NCBI RefSeq assembly: GCF_030028105.1
Contig: NC_092381.1
Location: 65,250,505-65,314,504, forward strand
Direction of reading: 5' to 3'
Source of the DNA: Mobula birostris
Taxonomy: Eukaryota
DNA: 64,000 bases
In this document: one piece after another, positions 39,290 to 52,189 of the stretch
Position numbering within the stretch: the first letter of the stretch is position 1
Layout of the letters: each line of letters opens with the position of its first letter
The notes under the pieces: model-generated
The model's database searches: none
What the model was told of the DNA's origin: nothing
The model's input: the letters and a program-made list of their open reading frames with translations, nothing else
Program-made: the position numbers and the translations under genes

Positions 39290-39810
39290 AATGTTACAGC
39301 ACAGTACAGGCCCTTCAGCCCATTGTTGTGCCAGCCCTTTAACCCACTATAAGATCAATCTAACCCTCCTCTCCTACGTAGCTCTCCATTTCTCTATCAT
39401 TGATGTGCCTATTTAAGTGTTTCTTTAATGTCTCTAATGTACCTGTCTCTACCACTACCCTGGTAGGCTTTTCCATGCACTTTCTGCTCTCTGTATAAAG
39501 AACTTACCTCTGACATCCTTCTATACTTTCTTCCAATCACATTAAGATCATACCCCCTTGTATTAGCCATTTCCACCCTGTGGAAAAAAGTATTTGGCTA
39601 TGCACTCTATTTTTGCCTCTTATCATCTTGAACACCTCTCATCCTCCTTCACTCCAAAGAGAAAAGCCCTAACTCACTCAACATATTTTCATAAAACATG
39701 CCCTCAAATCCAAGCAGCATCCTCTCTAAAGCTTCCACATCCTTCCTATAATGAGACAACTAATACTGAACAGAATACTCCACGTGTGGTATATCCAGAG
39801 GTTTTCAGCT
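39290..39810 (-). mobile_element. Degenerate CR1 3' end
   Basis: acagcacagtacaggcccttcagccc terminus shared with other CR1 copies. Confidence 0.65.
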
Positions 39811-42800
39811 GCAACCTTCCCTCGTGAGCTGCTGGATTTCCGTTGGAACGTCATCATTGTCATGTGATAATTCCAATAAACCCCTAAATTAAACCACATA
39901 TTTTGTTGAACTGTTAGTAGAACTGAGTGTTCCGCAATGGCAAACTGTATAAACAATTTGTATAGATCTACAACGGAAGAACTTGCCTTTAAGCAGGACA
40001 CTTAATGATCCTTTGATTCCTCAAAGCATTTCAAAGAAGAATTATTTCACTACAGTAACTTAAGAAAGAGCAGCAGCAATTAAACCCAGAATTGGACTTC
40101 CACAAAAGCAGTACGCTGAATGACCATGTAATCTGTGAATCGGCGATGTGAATTGAGGGATGACTGTTGCAGATGATACAGAAGAACCCTGACTGGAAAA
40201 GAGCAGCATTCATGAAATAGTGAGGGTTTCTTAGAAGGCTGGTAAGAGATGGTCCTTTCAGATAATGTACTTTCTAAATCTCTTGAGACTGTGAAATGAG
40301 CAAGGTTCAAAGACATTGACTCCAATTTCATCATTTAGGCCCTGGTCTTGCTGCGGATTCAGCAAGGACTGCTCCCCTTGTGGCAAGCACCATCTCCTTC
40401 ATGGGTGGGAGCACAAGCATATCTGTCCCCTGCCAGTTACTTCTGCTTCTTTCTCATCCTCCAAGGAAAAGAAAGGGTTAATGATTGTTGCTCAAAATAT
40501 TTGAGCACTCTGGCAGTAGTGATTGAACTGTTCGTGCAAGGTGTGAGAGCTGACTAGGAGAAGTTGTATTTTATGTATAACAGAGATTGCTAATATATGT
40601 GTAATGTGGGTGTTGTGCTTTGAGTAATTGTAGCTGCTAGTGTGCTCAATGGGAAACTAATAGATTTAATCATTTCTTCAGCGTGTGAGAAAGATCATCA
40701 TAAACATTGACCACATCCTAAGTATTTAAAGCTTGTTGACTACCTTGCACAATTGTCTTTTATTAAAATGAGTCCATAATTTAATAATGACTGCAGTGAG
40801 TGCATCCTTGTCTGCAACAGTGACACGGGTGTGACACTACAGTACTCTGCCGGGAACACAAGATTAATCTTTGCCAGACTCTATGTTGCTACATTGTTAC
40901 CAAGTGGCTATATCAGACTTCCTGGCTTTTCCTGCAAATAGCCATAAAGCTTTAAATGGTCATTTAAATACTCATCAAGTTTCCCTCAGACAGAAGGCCC
41001 CACTATGGGGCCTCTCCGTCCCACTTCTTGAGACAATGATGCCTTTGTCAATTCCCTGAGAAATTGTATAACAGGTATGGGTTAATTTGAGTTTTGTAAT
41101 TCCTCTGGAGATTCTGGATGGCTATATTTCCATGCCCATTAATTTCTTGCTTTAATGTACTCTCTTGCACTTGCAGCAATTGGGCATCCAGGCTGAGAAA
41201 TTTTTCATGTGTCCAAGGTTGACTTTTGGGAAGCTGGGATGAGTTACTCAGCTTTGGAGTAATTTACTTACTGTCAATTTCATGGTGCTCCAGCACTTAG
41301 CTCTACTTGTTCACAGAAGGCAGTACTGTTAAGATAGTCAATGGTACTGGGTGAGCTGTCTGATCATTCACAAGAAGCCTGCATGGCCATTCTCTGTGCT
41401 CCCAGCAACAACACAATTGGGCCACTTAGAAGGTGCTTCAGCAACTCTGTAAACTCCAGCTGAGTGCATGGAGTACGGGCAATCTGATTTCTTTCATTTC
41501 CTATTGCTGAAAATAATGCTAAAAATAAGTTCACTGAATTTAAAAAAACTAATGATTTAATGTTCACTATTCTTCATCAGTTTGAACAAGCATTTCTACT
41601 AACAAACATAGGATATGCCTTTTAGGTGTCAAACTTTTATAACACTTCATCCAGATTTCCAAATTGTATTTTTATTTATGAATTAAGCTGCTATTAAAAA
41701 AACTTCAGTATGTAATATAGACTTTTATCAGACGCAGACTAATTGTGCCCAAATATCTGCTGTGAACTCAGTTCGAAAGACCTGAAATATCCTATAGTCC
41801 TATTGAGAAACTGGAGACTTTTTTTTTTGTATGAAATTGAGCCAAGTACACAATCAGTAACTGTGCTGGTGGCTTGTGTTTCACCAAGGAGTGGACATTC
41901 AAGTCTGGATTTAAATTTGAATTTATTGTTTAGATAATAAAGCTATTTTAATTTTTACTTTAGATAACTAGCCACATTGGTTCCTTTAACATGTATGGTT
42001 AATCGATCACTTGGGAGTTTAATACCTTTGGTATTCTTCGTAGCTTCAAAAAATGTAGTGGATTTAATTCACAACTCTCCACCTTCAAACAATATCCAGG
42101 TAACATGTTCCTTTCTGATTAATTACCAGGCAATGAAAATTCAAAGTTGTCCGTTTTTCTGATTTCAATAGCAGAATATTTAGTGTGGCAGATGGAGGAG
42201 GTAGAAACAGGAGTTTCCACATGTTGTGCTTAAAAGAATCTTAGGCCTACAAATATATGTATCATTCTTGAAAGAAAATACTATTGAACATGGATTTATA
42301 CAAGGACAATAAAAATAAAAGTAACAGCAATTTTTAAAAATTATTCTGCAGGTAACTTGATTCTTGAGCCAAATATAATACAAAATAAAAGGAAAGACAA
42401 GACATTTAAAGAGAGAAGTGGAAATAAGCATTGAACTCAATTGGAAAGTGTTTCCTATCATTTAAATAAATAACACAAGCTTCCATCACATTTTCCATTT
42501 TCACACAGATGGAAATGTCAACTGATCTAAGAAATAGCATTTGTGCTCCTTGTGGAACATTGACAAAAGAGCTTTTTAGGTATAAAATGCAGAGCATAAG
42601 GATGGCATGATGAAAGGAAAGAAGCCTACCTGCTCCAAATGGCTCCAATTTCACAGCTGGGCTGGTGTCTCTACAGGCAACAGGCAGTGAGTCTAGCACA
42701 GGACAGTAGCTCAGGCCAGGCTCCACTGAGTTTTCAACTGCCACATCAGGACAATATGTTCAGAAATGGCAGAAGTGTAAGAGGATTGAGTTAAAAGAAT

Positions 42801-43174
42801 TAGGAACCTTTTCTCATTAGTGTGATCCAATCAGATTGCGATGGCACAGTTAGTTGCTGCATTCTATTCAGGGATGAAACGGGCAGAACCTGTCTTGCAT
42901 AACAAAGCTGAAATACCATATTACAATTAATGTTGCCTTCAGGAAAAGATTGATAACATTATTAGATTCGATAGATCAAGAAATTAGAATGAATATAGGA
43001 ACTCAGAGCGTTTGATTTCATCCTTCTTGCATATCATCCTTGTTTCTTCAAAAGCACTGAACAATTTTGCAATGAGTGTAGTGTCTTGACTTCAACCACT
43101 TTTTCAAGAAACTGATGCATCTTGTAATTTCAAAACATAAAACTAGTTAAAAGATAAACAATAGAGCTGAATGA

Positions 43175-43650
43175 TGTGAATCTTAGTTTGTTCTTACTTT
43201 AAGTAAGGCACACATGTATCACGTGGTATGCAATTCACTTATTGTTACCTATAATCCATTGTAAATTATTTAATTGTACAAGAATGCTTAATTGAGTAAT
43301 ATATTTACAATATTATTCAAATACTACTGAAACACTCCTCCCTGCTTAGCTATAAATTCCAATTCAATATAGAATGCATCTCAGCTATATATACAGTAAA
43401 CTATAAAATACAACTACTATACATACATCCACAGCATAGTGAGTTTTCAACTGTCCCATTCAGCCCTAAAGATTTAATTGCTGCGGAGGATTTCTCACTC
43501 TTGTGGGATTACGTCTTTCCTGTCAGGAGGGATCACTCTGCTTGGCAGGTGAGACTTGTGGCTGTGAAAACAATCTCAGGTTCTGGGGCCTCCTCCGTGG
43601 TGGTTGTAGAAGATGACTCTGAGACTGCAGGAAGAGATTCTGACAGTTCT
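43175..43650 (-). mobile_element. Gypsy-like LTR retrotransposon 3' fragment
   Basis: Minus strand ends ERRNPTRVRNPPQQLNL-stop, resembling Gypsy pol C-termini, followed by an AT-rich 3' segment. Confidence 0.45.
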
Positions 43651-43659
43651 GGGATCTAT

Positions 43660-44560
43660 GTCGGTCCTTGTTTCTCTCCTGGTCTCAGTTTATTTCTCTT
43701 CCTTTGGTCTGCTCTTTTTTCACTTTCCTTCTCTCATGCCTTTCTCTTTCTCACTCTCTGTCTCTTCTCTCCTTTTCAACTTCTAGTTGCCTGTCAGTAT
43801 CTCCGAATTTGCTAATTTCTCAAGAAATTAAGTCCCGTTTATCCTCTTCCATTTCCATAGCACTTTGTGTCATCCTCTTCTTTCTTTTCTTTCCAGTTTA
43901 TGCATCTTCATCTTGGGAAGGTGCATTTACTTCATTGCAATATTCTCTTATTAATCATTTTATTGTTCCCTTTATGATCCGATCATAAAGATAATGAGAG
44001 GCATTGATCATGTGGATAGTCAGAGGCTGTCCCCAGGGTTGAAATGGTTAGCACAAGAGGGCACAGTTTTAAGGTGCTTGGAAGCAGGTACAGAGGAGAT
44101 ATCAGGGGTAAGTTTTTTATGCGGAGAGTGGGGAGTGCGTGGAATGGGCTGCTGGCAGCGGTGGTGGAGGCGGAAACGATCGGGTCTTTTAAGAGACTCC
44201 TGGATGGCTACATGGAGCTTAGAAAAATAGAGGGCTATGGGTAAAGCCTAGGTAGTTCTAAGGTAGGGAAATGTTTGTCACAGCTTTGTGGGCCGAAGGG
44301 CCTGTATTTTGCTGTAGGTTTTTTTTATGTTCTATGTTCTATCTCTCCTCTTAGTTTCCTCATCTGACAAATCCTCTGTTTTCATATCTCCATTGACTCC
44401 TTTCATTTTTGTTGTCCATTCATCCAGCTGGGCTTTGATCTTTGAATTTACTTTTACAAGCAGCTTTTTGTCTCCCATTTGAAGTTCATGCAATAACCTT
44501 AATGCAAGCAGAGTAGATTCTGGTTCTTTATACTCACAAAAGCCGAATGCAAGAAGCAGG
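43660..44560 (-). pseudogene. RBM25: RBM25 processed pseudogene fragment, interrupted by CR1
   Basis: AFGFCEYKEPESTLLALRLLHELQMGDKKLLVKV..KAQLDEW..DEETKRRD, continuing after the CR1 as IKGTIK*LIREY..NAPSQ..MEEDKRDLIS*EISKF and an RE-rich tract; in-frame stops; no introns visible. Confidence 0.88.
43990..44340 (+). mobile_element. CR1 3' end inserted in the RBM25 retrocopy
   Basis: TRGHSFKVLG motif and (TATGTTC)n tail. Confidence 0.85.
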
Positions 44561-44799
44561 TACTCCTTAGTAAATGTTATAGTGAGAGGCCTGCATCCCA
44601 GGTTAAAAGAAATGTTCACTGCAATTTGTGTGAGATGGGGGGGGGGGGGGGGTGGCAGGGAAGAGTTAAACAAAAATCATAAGTGCTTTACAAGATGTCA
44701 GAGGCAGTTACAATATCAAAAGATTAGAACTGTTAAGGGAAATAAGGATAGAGTACTTGTATCCACGCCCCGCAGTGTTAGAGTAGTGGACATGGCAGA

Positions 44800-47060
44800 G
44801 GGGTGTAAAAGCGATTCCTGCAGTGGGTTGTGTTTTGCTTGTGGGTAGTCAGGTTACTAGGCTCGAAGATATCCTTGCCACCAAGACAACTTTGAAAACA
44901 GTCAGCTCCTGCCTCCATCAGCTGTACAGTGGACTACGCAGTTCACTGTAAGTAACCCATTTGGACAACATCCCAGCCTCTACAGGAGGGGTGTCAAACC
45001 CAAATTCCTGCCCATTATAAGGACTTCTGTTATTCCTTTGACTGTAGATAGATGACAATTAGACTTTCTGATTGATACTGGAGCCATGTTTTCTACAATT
45101 CATGCTTCTGATTGGCCTCAAGCATCTCTAACTGATGAATCAGTAAATGTCATGGGACTCATGGGGGACACAGTTTCTCCGCCTCTTTCCTGTAAGGTCA
45201 CTTATCAGGTTTTTAGACTTGAAGGAGAACATCAGTCTTTAATAGTGCCAGAATCACCAATTACTTTATCGGACTGGGACCTCCTTTGTAAGTTGGGATG
45301 TACATTAGTATGCTCCCCAGAAGCAGTACAATTCAAGGTGCCTGAGACACTCTATGCGACTGTTTGTGCTTCATTGGAAGGCTCTATTCAAAAATGATCA
45401 GAGGTCTGGTGGTTGAATTTCACTGATGAATCGTCTGCTAATCCATTAACTTCGGTTTAGCAACTGCTGGAGCTTTCAGAGGCCTGTACAGGGCGAGGGA
45501 AATTTCCACATATGACATCTGGGTGGTGCATGACTGTCAACTGTATGGGCACATTATTCTGCAGAGGATCCAGACCACTTGTATGAGAAAACAGTGAAAC
45601 AATTGCTCCAAGATCGTAACTGTAAGTCATTCTGACTTGTTATTCTCGCCCTCTGCGTGGATCCAGAAGGTGTTGTTGCTGCAATAAAGCTGAATCATTT
45701 TGTTTAAAGGCTGCCTGATGTGAGCCTGCGTGTTACCCTTTATTTTGCACCATCGAATCGCTCATGGGATTTGGGACATATGATGAATCATCTCTTGCAT
45801 AAGCCATCAGAGGTTGACTATGCCCAATTCGACAGAAAACTATCAGTATTTCCCTAGGCAATTGTTTTTATGTACAATAACCCTGCTTCCTATTCTGCTG
45901 AATTTAAATATCAAGCCCTAAGTCTCTCATGGGTAGGTGGATAGTGAAACAATCAAAAGCTTCTTTGCTCAAGTACCAGAAATACTGTGGGCCAAGTACT
46001 GTCTGCAGAACCTCTTAAAGTATGATTGGATTTGCAAAACCCCTCCCATGCAAACCTCAGTATCCCTTGAACCAGAGAAGAGCACAAAGCCTGTATTGGA
46101 AGCACTCCTGCTAAGTGGGATTGTCATTCCAACAGTGGCACCATGTAATATGACTATATTGATTGTTTTGAAGCTGGGAAAGGGCACCTGGCATTTTGTC
46201 CAAGACCCAAGGGCTGTTAATGAATCCGTAATACCAACCTATCCCATAGTTCCGGACCCAGCTACAATCTTCTGTTGTATTCCCACAAACACTAAATACG
46301 ACACAATTGGGGCATGTTTTCAATCCCATTTCACCCAGACTCCCAATATTTGTTTGCTCTCACCAACCAAGGCAAACATTATACCTGGACCCACCTCCCA
46401 CAGGGACACACAGAGTCCAACTCTCCAAAAGGACTTGGTAGATGTAATTTTCCCATCTGAATCCATATTCTCATAATATGCACTGCAGATGATCAGCTTT
46501 TATGTTCCCCCAATCACAAAGCCTCTGTAGTCCTTTTGCGTGCCCTGCTACCAAGAGCCACAAGGCGTTGAGAAATATTACAGCTTTCACAACCCAAAGT
46601 GCATTTTTTGGGTTTTCTCTTGAATGGGGCTTGTGACCTGCTTTCTGACAAAATGGTGCCAGCCATTGTCAGTCTGTCTAAACCAGTCCTCGAGGAGGAT
46701 CGTGTACACTTTCTGGGTATGACCGGATATTGCTGACAGTGGATTCTTAACTATGTTGAACTTAGTTACCCTCTTTCAGGACCTCACTTTATGTCAGTGC
46801 CCGAGCAATTGAAGAGGTCAACTGAAGCCGACAGGTCCTTTACTGCTCTCATGTCTGCATCGACCTTCGGACTCCCAGATTGTGGTAAGCCTTTCTATCT
46901 GTTTGTACACAAAATCAGAGGTTTTTCTCAAGCAGCTCTTATTCAACAACATGATGATGCCTGTCATCTGGTAGCCTGTTATCGTACTCACCTGGCCTTG
47001 TAGCTCAAGGTTATCCTGGTTGCCTGAAAGCTGTGGCTGCAACTTGCCATGGTTTGGCCA
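44800..47060 (+). mobile_element. Decayed class I (epsilon-like) endogenous retrovirus gag-end/pro/pol
   Basis: Degenerate zinc knuckle CFACG (about 44830); protease FLIDTGA (about 45065); RT PCN..WHFVQDPRAVN..PIVPDP, YTWTHLPQG, FLGMTGYC, LPDCGKPFYLFV; many frameshifts. Confidence 0.85.
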
Positions 47061-47104
47061 CCTGACAGGGGTTGGCTTGCTGCAGAGTCCTTCTCACATT
47101 TGCT

Positions 47105-50100
47105 GCTGTTACAGACAGTGGCAACTCATCTGGGAGAGGGGTAGCTTCGTGGCCAGTGTTGTAGTGCATGCCTTGAAACATGCATAAAAGTTGTTTAGAG
47201 CATCAGGGAGGGAGGTGTCACTGGTACAGTCCATGCTGTTTTTCCTTGCATAGTCACTAATGCCCTTGAAACCCACACACATACTGTAGGTAGGGATCAT
47301 TATTGGACAGGTGTTCCTAATTTTTTGTGCATAGGTGGTTCTCCCTCTTGGTGCCTAAGATGAGGTTTCACTTGACTGCTCTGAGAGCTCTTCTGTCTCC
47401 TGACTTGAAGGCAGCATCCCGGACTTTTAGTAGAGAGTGCAGGGGCCAGGTGCACCGAGATGCAACTCCTCAGAGACCGTTTTAGGGATCTGGAGCTTGA
47501 TGACCTACTGCTTATCAGGGAAAGAGAAGAGGTGATAGACAGGAGCTACAGGGAGGTAGTCATCCCTAGGCTACAAGGGCCAGAAAACTGGGTCACTGTC
47601 AAGAGAGGGAAGGGAAATGCCCAGACAGCAGAGAGCACACCTGTGGCTGTTCCCCTCAGCAACAAATATCTTGGTCTGGATGCTGTTGAGGAGGATGACC
47701 TGACAGGGGACACCCATGGTGACCAGGTCTCTGGCACTGAGCCTGGCGCTGTTGTGCAGGAGAGAAGGAAGAAGAGGAATGCGGTAGTCATAGGGGATTC
47801 CATAGTCAGGGGAACGGACAGGAGATTCTGTGAGCCTGATAGAGATACCCACATGGTGTGTTGCCTCCCAGGTGCCAGGGTATGGGATGTCTCAGATCAG
47901 GTCCTGAATATTCTGAAGGGGGAGGGTGAGCAGCCAGTTGTCTTGGTACATGTTGGTACCAATGACATAGATAGGACAAAGGAGGAGGTCCTGAAGAGAG
48001 ATTTCCAGGAGTTGGAAGGAAGCTGAGAAGCAGGACCTCCAGGGTAGTAATCTCAGGATTGCTACCTGTGCAACGTGCTAGTGAGGGCAAGAATAGTCAG
48101 ATCAGGCAGATGAATGCGTGGCTGAGAGACTGGTGTAGGGGGCAGGGCTTCAGATTCTTGGATAATTGGGATCTCTTCTGGGAGAAGTATGACCTTTTCA
48201 AAAAGGACAGGTTACACCTGAACCTGAAGGGGACCAATATCCTGGCGGGAAAGTTTAATAGAGCTGTTAGGGAGGGTTTAAACTAATTTGGCAGGGGGAT
48301 GGGAACCGGAATGACAGAGCAGAGGAAGGGGAAAACAGAAATAAATCTAAGATAGTGAGCAGTAAAGATGTCAGGAAAGACAGGCAAGTGATGGGACAAA
48401 TTTGTAGCCATTGGGATGAGTTGCAGTGCAATAAAGTTGCAGTGAAATCAAAGCGAAAAGTACCAAATACTGGTCTTAAGGTGTTATACTTAAATGCACG
48501 CAGCATAAGGAATAAGGTGGATGATCTTGTCATACAGCTACAGATTGGCAGGTATGATATTGTGGCCATCACTGAGACATGGCTAAAGAATGCATGTCTC
48601 TGGGAGCTGAACGTCCAAGGATACACGGTGTATCAGAAGGATAGGAAGGTAGGCAGAGGGGGAGGTGTGGCTTTATTGGGAAGAAATGTTATTAAATCAT
48701 TAGAAAGAGGTGATATAGGTTCAGAAGGTGCAGAATCTTTATGGGTTGAGCTAAGAAATATCAGGGGTAAAAGGACCCTGATGGCAATTATTTATAGGCC
48801 TCCAAACAGCTGCAGTGATGTGGACTACAAATTACAACTGGAAATAGAAAAGGCTTGTCAGAAGGGCAGTGTTATGATAATTGTGGGGGATTTTAACATG
48901 CAAATGGATTGGGAAAATCAGGTCAGCACTGGATCTCAAGAGAGAGAATTTGTAGAATGTCTGCGAGATGGCTTTTTAGAACAGCTTGTTGTTGAGCCCA
49001 CTAGGGGATCAGCTGTACCGGATTGGGTATTGTGTAATGAACCGGAGGTAATTAGAGAGATTGAGGTGAAGGAACCCTTAGGAGGCAGTGATCATAACAT
49101 GATTGAGTTCACTGTGAAATTTGAAAAAGAGAAGCCAAAATCTGATGTGTTGGTATTTCAGTGGAGTAAAGGAAATTACAGTGGCACGAGAGAGGAACTG
49201 GCCAAAGTTGACTGGAAAGGGACACTGGAGGGAAAGACGGCAGAACAGCAGTGGCTGGAGTTTATGTGAGAAGTGAGGAAGGTGCAAGACAGGTATATTC
49301 CAAAAAAGAAGAAATTTTCAAATGGAAAAAGGATGCAACCGTGGTTGAAAAGAGAAGTCAAAGCCAAAGTTAAAGCTAAGGAGAGGGCATACAAGGAAGC
49401 AAAAACTAGTGGGGAGACAGGATTGGGAAGTTTTTAAAACCTTACAAAAGGAAACTAAGAAGGTCATTAAGAGGGAAAAGATTAACTATGAAAGGAAGCT
49501 AGCAAATAATATCAAAGAGGATACTATAAGCTTTTTCAAGTATATAAAGAGTAAAAGACAGGTGAGAGTAGATAAAGGACCGATAGAAAATGATGCTGGA
49601 GAAATTGTAATGGGAGATAAGGAGATGGCAGAGGAACTGAACAAGTATTTTGCGTCAGTCTTCACTGAGGAAGACATCAGCAGTATTCCGGACACTCAAG
49701 GGTGGCAGGGAAGAGAAGTGTGCGCAGTCACAATTACGACAGAGAAAGTACTCAGGAAGCTGAATAGTCTAAAGGTAGATAAATCTCCTGGACCAGATGG
49801 AATGCACCCTCGTGTTCTGAAGGAAGTAGCTGTGGAGATTGCGGAGGCATTAGCGATGATCTTTCAAAAGTCGATAGATTCTGGCATGGTTCCGGAGGAC
49901 TGGAAGATTGCGAATGTCACTCTGCTATTTAAGAAGGAGGCAAGGAAGCAAAAATGAAATTATAGACCTGTTAGCTTGACATCAGTGGTTGGGAAGTTGT
50001 TGGAGTCGATTGTCAAGGATGAGGCTACAGAGTACCTGGAGGCATATGACAAGATAGGCAGAACTCAGCATGGATTCCTTAAAGGAAAATCCTGCCTGAC

Positions 50101-52085
50101 AAACCTATTACAATTTTTTGAGGAAATTACCAGTAGGCTAGACAAGGGAGATGCAGTGGATGTTGTATAATTGGATTTTCAGAAGGCCTTTGACAAGGTG
50201 CCACATGAGGCTACTTAACAAGATAAGAGCCCATGGAATTACAGGAAAGTTACATATGTGGATAGAGCGTTGGCTGATTGGCAGGAAACAGAGTGGGAAT
50301 AAAGGGATCCTATTCTGGTTGGCTGCTGGTTACCAGTGGTGTTCCACAGGGGTCCATGTTGGGGCTGCTTCTTTTTACATTGTACATCAACGATTTAGAT
50401 TACGGAATAGATGGCTTTGTGGCTAAGTTTGCTGACAATACGAAGATAGGTGGAGGGGCTGGTAGTGCTGAGGAAATGGAGAGTCTGCAGAGAGACTTGG
50501 ATAGATTGGAAGAATGGGCAAAGAAGTGGCAAATGAAGTACAATGTTGGAAAGTGTATAGTTATGCACTTTGGCAGAAGTAATAAATGGGCAGACTATTA
50601 TTTAAATGGGGAGAGAATTCAAAGTTCTGAGATGCAACGGGACTTGGGAGTCCCTTAAGGTTAATCTCCAGGTTGACTCAGTGGTGAAGGCGGCGAATGC
50701 AATGTTGGCATTCATTTCTAGAGGAATAGAGTATAGGAGCAGGGATGTGATGTTGAGGCTCTATAAGGCACTGGTGAGACCTCACTTGGAGTACTGTGGG
50801 CAGTTTTGGTCTCCTTATTTAAGGAAGGATGTGCTGACGTTGGAGAGGGTACAGAGAAGGTTCACTAGAATGATTCCGGGAATGAGAGGGTTAACATACG
50901 AGGAACATTTGTCCGCTCTTGGACTGTATTCCTTGGAGTTTAGAAGAATGAGGGGAGACCTCATAGAAACATTTCGAATGTTGAAAGGCATGGACAGAGT
51001 GGATGTGGCAAGGTTGTTTCCCATGATGGGGGAGCCTAGTACGAGAGGGCATGACTTAAGGATTGAAGGGCGCCCATTCAGAACAGAAATGTGAAGAATT
51101 TTTTTTAGTCAGAGGTTGGTGAATCTATGGAATTGGTTGCCACAGGCAGCAGTGGAGGCCAAGTCACTGGGTGTATTTAAGGCAGAGATTGATAGGTATC
51201 TGAGTAGCCAGGGCATCAAAGGTTATGGTGAGAAGGCAGGGGAGTGGGACTAAATGGGAGAATGGATCAGCTCATGATAAAATGGCGGAGCAGACTCAAT
51301 GGGCTGAATGGCTGACTTCTGCTCCTTTGTCTTATGGTCTGCATTTAGCTAGTTCTTCTGGTTGGGACACAAGATCATTGTTCTTGAGGTAGCAATGTTG
51401 TCTATGCACTTACAGCCAGTGACAGATGAGGCATGTTCCTTGAAGTCCGTGTCTTCTCTGTTTGTGGTGGTCTCTGTGAACATTTGCTGGTTAGTCCATT
51501 CAAAACAGTCTTAAAGCATGGAGATTAGCTCATTAGGCCATACAATGCTGGTTCTCTTGACTGATTCCCCCTTTTCAGCAGCACTTGGGATACTGGGATT
51601 AACATTAAAGAGATGTGATCATGGAGACAGATAGGGGTGTGGGATGGCTTTGTAAGTACCACGTCTGTTTGTATAGACATGGTCGAGTCTGTTTGTTCCC
51701 CTAGTGGCCATAGTGACATGTTGGTAATTTAGGTAAAATGTCCTGCAGGTTAATATGATTGAAATCTTCTGCAATTATGAAGAAACTATCAGGGTGCTTA
51801 TTTTGTAGAGAGCTGATGATACTTGAAGCTCTTCAAGTGCATCCTTAGCATTCGCGCTTGGGGATGGGGTGTAGACAGTGGTGATGAACACAACAGTAGG
51901 TTACCTGAGCCGGTAATGTGGCTGGCATTTAATGGTGAGAGGTTCAATTGTCACAGAACAGTGACTGCTAACTAGAGATGAGTTTGTGCACCAACTTTTG
52001 TTAACCTCCTTATAGATTCCACCTCCTTAGATTTCCCTGACCCTGGCTGCTGGTTAAGGTCCATACAAGAGCAAGTGATTTGTGC
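47105..52085 (-). mobile_element. Rex-type LINE remnant (about 47105-47440 and 51342-52085) split by the CR1
   Basis: SLPDALNNFYACF motif on one side of the CR1 and VYTP/SDH-like endonuclease motifs on the other. Confidence 0.6.
47447..51340 (+). mobile_element. Near full-length CR1 LINE (ORF1 SGNH esterase; ORF2 EN + RT), inactivated
   Basis: ORF1 VVIGDSIVRG, VHVGTND, DRLHLN (47460-48286, frameshifted); EN YLNARS, ITETW, YRPP, GDFN, SDH (48355-49269); RT GVPQGS, KFADN; (CTTATGGT) tail. Confidence 0.93.
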
Positions 52086-52189
52086 CCAGCTTCAACAGAC
52101 AGGGTTAGATAGATCTGGGCTTCTCAGCCTTGACAAGAGGCTGAATGAGAAATTGTCTTATTTCATTAAACAGTAAAAGAGAGAAAGCA

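Noticed and set aside
39800-43170. Repeat-poor stretch searched for exons (e.g. PTGS2)
   Set aside because: No recognisable coding motifs in any listed frame.
44332-44673. Functional RBM25 exon
   Set aside because: The continuation has in-frame stops and a CR1 insertion, and no introns are visible.
47460-48286. Host SGNH esterase gene
   Set aside because: Ordinary CR1 ORF1 domain, frameshifted and directly upstream of ORF2.
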